The notes beneath the pieces were generated by a model, which was given only the letters and a program-made list of their open reading frames with translations, made no database searches and had not been told where the DNA came from. The translations under genes and the position numbers were made by a program. Source: Paraspadella gotoi (Eukaryota; Animalia; Chaetognatha). From it: a DNA stretch of 64,000 nucleotides. Positions 59,241 to 64,000 of the stretch are shown one piece after another; the stretch's first letter is position 1, and every line of letters begins with the position of its first letter. The stretch lies in assembly GCA_051294375.1 (NCBI GenBank), contig CM119266.1, positions 7,085,431 to 7,149,430 on the forward strand, given 5' to 3'.

Positions 59241-59827
59241 TCACAAAAGAGAGCAGCTCTCGAAGCTGCTTTTTTTCCTGGGGGAAAAATTGAGATAGCG
59301 GTTTGACGTTATATTTCGGAAAATGTTAATTTAGAGGGAATTGATTTATGAGGTAGACTGATGTAGTCAATGATTGACTCGATTAATTATTGGTCACCTG
59401 AAAGGATTTTCCTTTTGGTGAGAAAATCCGTTGACCAGTGGATCATCCTTCTTGTTGGCTTCCGAAAAATCGATGATGTCTTGGACGCACTCGCTCACTC
59501 TGAGAAGATTGAGGCGAAAAAGATGCTTTTAACAGGAAAATGTTGCGTTGGACTTAAAGAGAATAACATTAATTTTTACAAAAGTCAAGTTAAAAAACAT
59601 TGTTCCCATTATTCCTAGTTTGTCTCTGTGATGTTTCATTTGGACTCCTGAATTCTGAAACAACCAATATAACACGAAGGCCCTTCTGCTTGGGCGTTTT
59701 ATCATATTCGCAATAAATCAAAATCTGCCTTTTATAACCATCTTTTAAATCACCTCTTCCTTTCCATCCTGGCTTCGACCCTGAGTTGCTCGACCTCGAG
59801 CTTCTTTGAAGTCAGTTGCTGCTGCAT
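59241..59827 (-). CDS. Heterotrimeric G-protein gamma subunit (3 exons)
   Basis: MQQQLTSKKLEVEQLRVEARMERKR|VSECVQDIIDFSEANKKDDPLVNGFSHQKENPFR|KKSSFESCSLL*: GGL motifs DPL and NPF, CaaX end. Confidence 0.9.
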
Positions 59828-60504
59828 CTTCTACTCAGAGGCACTTGAATATTTTATACTATCGGTTTATTGCTGTTACGAAGGCACTGGATACTGGAAC
59901 GCTTCGTCGACGTCGACGGAAAAGTCGAGTGACTCGATTACGAGAAGTTTTGGCTGTTTCGGTTTCGAGGCTGTTGTTGTTGTCGTCGTAGATCGCCTGG
60001 TTCGTGTTTGTTGTCGTCCTCCTCTTCCTCCGACGCAGCCTTTTGCCTCGACGCGGCGGCGCAGCTGCAGCCGCTGCTGTCTTCCGTTTCTCCCCTGTTG
60101 CGTCTCTTTCTCTTTCTTCTCTTTAATTTCCACTCTGTCTCGGTTTTTCTACCCCTAACCGAAAACGGGGGGGATTCTTTATTTGAATAGGGGCTCCTCC
60201 GTCTCACACGGTCTCGCTCTCTCTCTTCCGCCACTGGCCCACGCGGCTCCGTTTCGTCATTAAAACCAATTAAACTCCGTCTCTATCGTTGGTTTTTTTT
60301 TTCTTTTCCCATATTCAGTGATTGAAATAAATAAAAAAAAGGAAGAAAGAACTGACTGACTTTACGGCTTCCTTTCCCCGCCGCTGCCCCGCCGCGGCCG
60401 CCTTTCGGACGGGCGACAGCAGCGGATTCGGCGTCTTTCTCGGCGCCGGAAGATTCGGCGATCGTCGACGAAACTAAAAGCCGGACGACCAAGACTATCG
60501 AGAC

Positions 60505-63500
60505 ATGGCGGCGGAAATCACTGACTCAGAGCTTAGGTGATAAAAAACACTTTTTCGAGCTGGGATCGGACCGGGCCGAAAAGGGGGAAAAATAAAATCC
60601 CAATTATAACCGGGAATTGTTTTTCGTTTCTTGTTCTGTGAAAAGTTTATAAATTACGTAGTACTCTACAATCATACGTCGTTGCTATCTTTTGAAATAT
60701 GCTTGATATTTTTTTTGTTTCCAATGGGAATCATTTCTAAAAATAAATTCAGACCCGAACTCTTGTGACTCATGGTCATGAGTCTATTTTTAGTAGTACT
60801 TCTATAGTAGTTCTTTTTTCTTAGTAAAATATCAAATCGTTCTTATTTTTAATTACCTCATGGCTATGATGTCATTTTCTATCATTTCGCCCTCTATTAG
60901 AAATCTTTAATAAACGGGTTTAACAATATAAGTCTGGCTTTTTTGAATTCTCCCACATCCTCTCAAACCGGTTTCGACTCGTTCCTCGTAGATTTTGGAA
61001 TTTTTGCGTTTTTAAATTCCGACTGAACTGGGTACAATTGTATTCCAGACTCTGGATCATAATTTCAGTTGTTCAGGAAAAGTTCATTTTACGATTTTGA
61101 GGATTTTAATAGCGATTGTTGGACTCTAATAATGATTTCTTTTTACCCAGTTCGTAATTATTTCTTTTTTTCGCTACTGCGGGCGGTTTTTTAATAAAAA
61201 TTTTTTTGTCAATAAAACTATCCGACGTTTGTCATTACATAAACCTTTAGAAAGCTTACATTGTTGTTATTTTATCCAGGGAAGAACTGACGGCTTTCGG
61301 AGTCGACGTTGGTCCCATCACAGACGCAACCAGAAAGTTATGGGTCAGAAAGTTGGACAAGTTGAACGCGGAGAAGAGGAAGAAAAGAAGGTGATTATAT
61401 CGGGGAGATTGGGGGCAGATTTGGCCGGAGTGACTTGTATTAATTATTCCATTAATTGAAATTAATTTTAAGACAAGAGATATGATTTAATTGATATAAA
61501 GATATAAGATGAAAGGTTATAAAGAGATTTCAAGACGTAGTAAGATAAGATTTAAAATTAAATATATGAGTTTTGTAATTTAGTAAACACAAGGGGAATC
61601 ATCTTATAATTTTTAGTCGGATCTGCTTTCAGCAGATCCCGACTCTATAATTCACTTTGTCGGTCCGCCCCCTCAATCTTGTCGGGCATTCGCTTATATC
61701 ATGTCAGAACATCGAATTATGATAAATTATGCTAAAAAATGATGTCCGTCCGTCCGTGCCACCTTAGCAAAAAACACCAATTACTCTTGATTGGATGGAT
61801 GGATTGGAATAAAATCTTGTATGTGGGAAGGGAAGCGTGTGATTGAGCTGGATATGAAGTTTCGATGGAATCGTCCGAGTGGAAATGAGTTTAAATGGAA
61901 AAAACAAAAAAATATATTTTACTATTTGAACACCAATTACTCATGAGTGGATGGGGCGATTGACTTGAAATTTTGTATTTGGGTAGAAAAGTGTGTGATT
62001 AAACTGGAAATCAAGTTTCGATAGAATCGTTTGAGTGGAAATGAGTTTAAATGGAAAAAACAAAGAACCTGTTTCACTAATTGATTATGCTTCTTTTTAT
62101 TTTTATTTTAAATGTAAATGCAAGATGTATTAATTAATCAAATAATTATTCAGTTAACTAATCAAAACAAACATTTCGGATTTAATTAATAAGCCTAATT
62201 AATTAAATAATTAATTAATTACCGATAATGATCGTGGGCAGATCCGACAGTGTTTGCTCAAACTTGTTTATCTCAATTTAAGCCGAAATTATTATTGACT
62301 CGAAACCGATGCGTCTCGTCCTAGTTTTTTTTTTACTTTGGACGAACATAATTCCCAAATTCCTTCCCATCCCTTTTCTCTTCCCACCCAGATCCGCCCC
62401 CGTCCCCAACGGCGGCGGGAAATCCGTGGGCGGGTTCAGCTCCGATCCTGACGAAGACTACGACGTCGTCAAACCCGGCGCCAAATCCCGCCTCAATAAC
62501 AACAACAACAACCGGCGCCAAAGCTCTCGCTTCGACTCGACGCCGACGAAAAAAACGAACGACGGCGCCGAGACGTCGAAATCCTCCAACGCCGGCGTCG
62601 TACCCGGCGCCGCCAACATCAAGGGGCGCTACTCTCTCTCCGGCGCCGCGAGCAAAGCCGCCGACGTCCGGAAACTGAGCGAATTCGTTCGGCGCCGAGA
62701 GGAAGGAGAGATTTCGGACTCTGAGTCTGAAACGGAAGCGAAGAAGGTCGACGACCGTAAGACGACGACGACGACGACGACGATTAAGACGACGACGACC
62801 AAAGATCGAAAATGGGAGAAAAATGGAGAAGGAGATCGAAGGAGGGACGGAGGAGTAACGAAAGCCGAGCCGACGATGTGAGTCTGTGGGAAACGATGTG
62901 AAGATATACGGCTATTAAAACTAATACCGCAGAATTTATACATATAACATTATATAATAATAAACGTATAGATTAAAAGTGTCTTTTCTTCCAACCCCCG
63001 TAGCTCCCACTATACTCGCCCCTTCGACGCCCCCTTCTCCTCCAATGTCTCCTCCACAATTTCGTCTGCTTCATCAACATCATCATCATCATCGGCACTT
63101 CCGAAACTCTCGTCTCTCATTTCCGGAAGACCCGGAATCTCTCGGTTGCCGCTGCAGCCGCAACAGACGACCGTCTCCCGCAACAATCCCGTCGCGCCAA
63201 CTTCCGCCTTGAACGCCGCCTCGCGCCTCGATCCGTCGCTCTCGTCGTCTTCGTCGCCCAAGTTGGTCTTCAATGACAGCGTCGTCTCTGATCCCCACAA
63301 CAGCCTTTCCTCGGAACTCAGGTCAGGACGAGTAGTTTTAGACGAATTATTTCGTTTATTAAATATATTTCATATTATATCATTAATGGTCTCTCCTCTC
63401 CCAGGCCACGTCTCCCGATGAGCAACATCGGCCCTCGATCTTCGACGCCTTACAGCGGCTACATCGAAGCGAAACTCGGTCCCACGAGTCGGCGATCCGC

Positions 63501-64000
63501 GGCCTCTGGGGAGAACGGAACCCTGGGCCCCGTTCCCGCGGCTCAACCATGGTCGACCGTCAGAGGCGCTGGGGCTCTTTCCAATTTCGAAGGCCCCGCT
63601 CTCTACCGTGCCGATGCTCAGGCGCCAACGACGGGGCCGATTTCAGGCACGCCGAGGAAATTCCAGACGACAGACGAGGAAATTTTATCCAAAGAGTTCA
63701 AGACGTAAGTCTTAAGTATTTATTATTGTTGACTATGACTTACGCTGACTTACGCTGACTTACGCTGACTTACACTGACTTACGCTAAAATTGACTTCAG
63801 GTCATCGGAGGGCTTCATGTCCACGTATTCCCACTACATATCTGTAGTGATTGTTGTTTTGGCCGGAGGCTTCTTCTTCGCTCTCACTCTCGCGTATCTC
63901 AACCTGTTTTCCTACGACCTGCCCAAGGAAAAGGTTAGATGTAGTAGTTGTAGTTGAGCGGCAACTCTTACTCAGATGAAGGTCAAAAAAGATAAGTTCA
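60505..64000 (+). CDS. LEM-domain inner nuclear membrane protein (MAN1/LEMD2-like), runs off the window end
   Basis: MAAEITDSELR|EELTAFGVDVGPITDATRKLWVRKLDKL; TM segment at ~63835-63905. Confidence 0.85.
61611..62268 (+). mobile_element. Second Helentron-associated (DINE-1/HINE-like) family
   Basis: 5' palindrome GTCGGATCTGC-TTTCA-GCAGATCCCGAC, (GTCC)n, internal tandem duplication, 3' subTIR GCAGATCCGAC plus hairpin GTTTG-CT-CAAAC. Confidence 0.75.
63739..63786. repeat. 10-bp tandem repeat (ACTTACGCTG) x~5
   Basis: Read directly from the sequence. Confidence 0.9.

Overview
Gene-dense animal (invertebrate-type) genomic DNA with GC-rich exons and short AT-rich introns. Recognisable spliced genes: GARRE1-like, USP10, a CD225/dispanin, two APMAP/strictosidine-synthase-like paralogs, a sphingomyelinase-like EEP enzyme with a chymotrypsin nested antisense in its intron, CLYBL, BRF1, a C2H2 zinc-finger gene, NDE1/NudE, ACIN1, OSTM1, SLC25A44, a G-protein gamma subunit and a LEM-domain gene. 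The main discovery is intronic. Two miniature non-coding LTR elements (LTR-PBS-internal-PPT-LTR) and four related solo LTRs each carry a type-P5 twister ribozyme motif in the LTR (some copies decayed), with compensatory changes in the P2 stem and T1 pseudoknot. These look like twister-based LTR retrozymes in an animal. Also present: a Transib/RAG-like element with 12/23-like ends, Helentron-type elements and several GC-AG introns. Gene models and RNA folds were read by eye; no searches were run.
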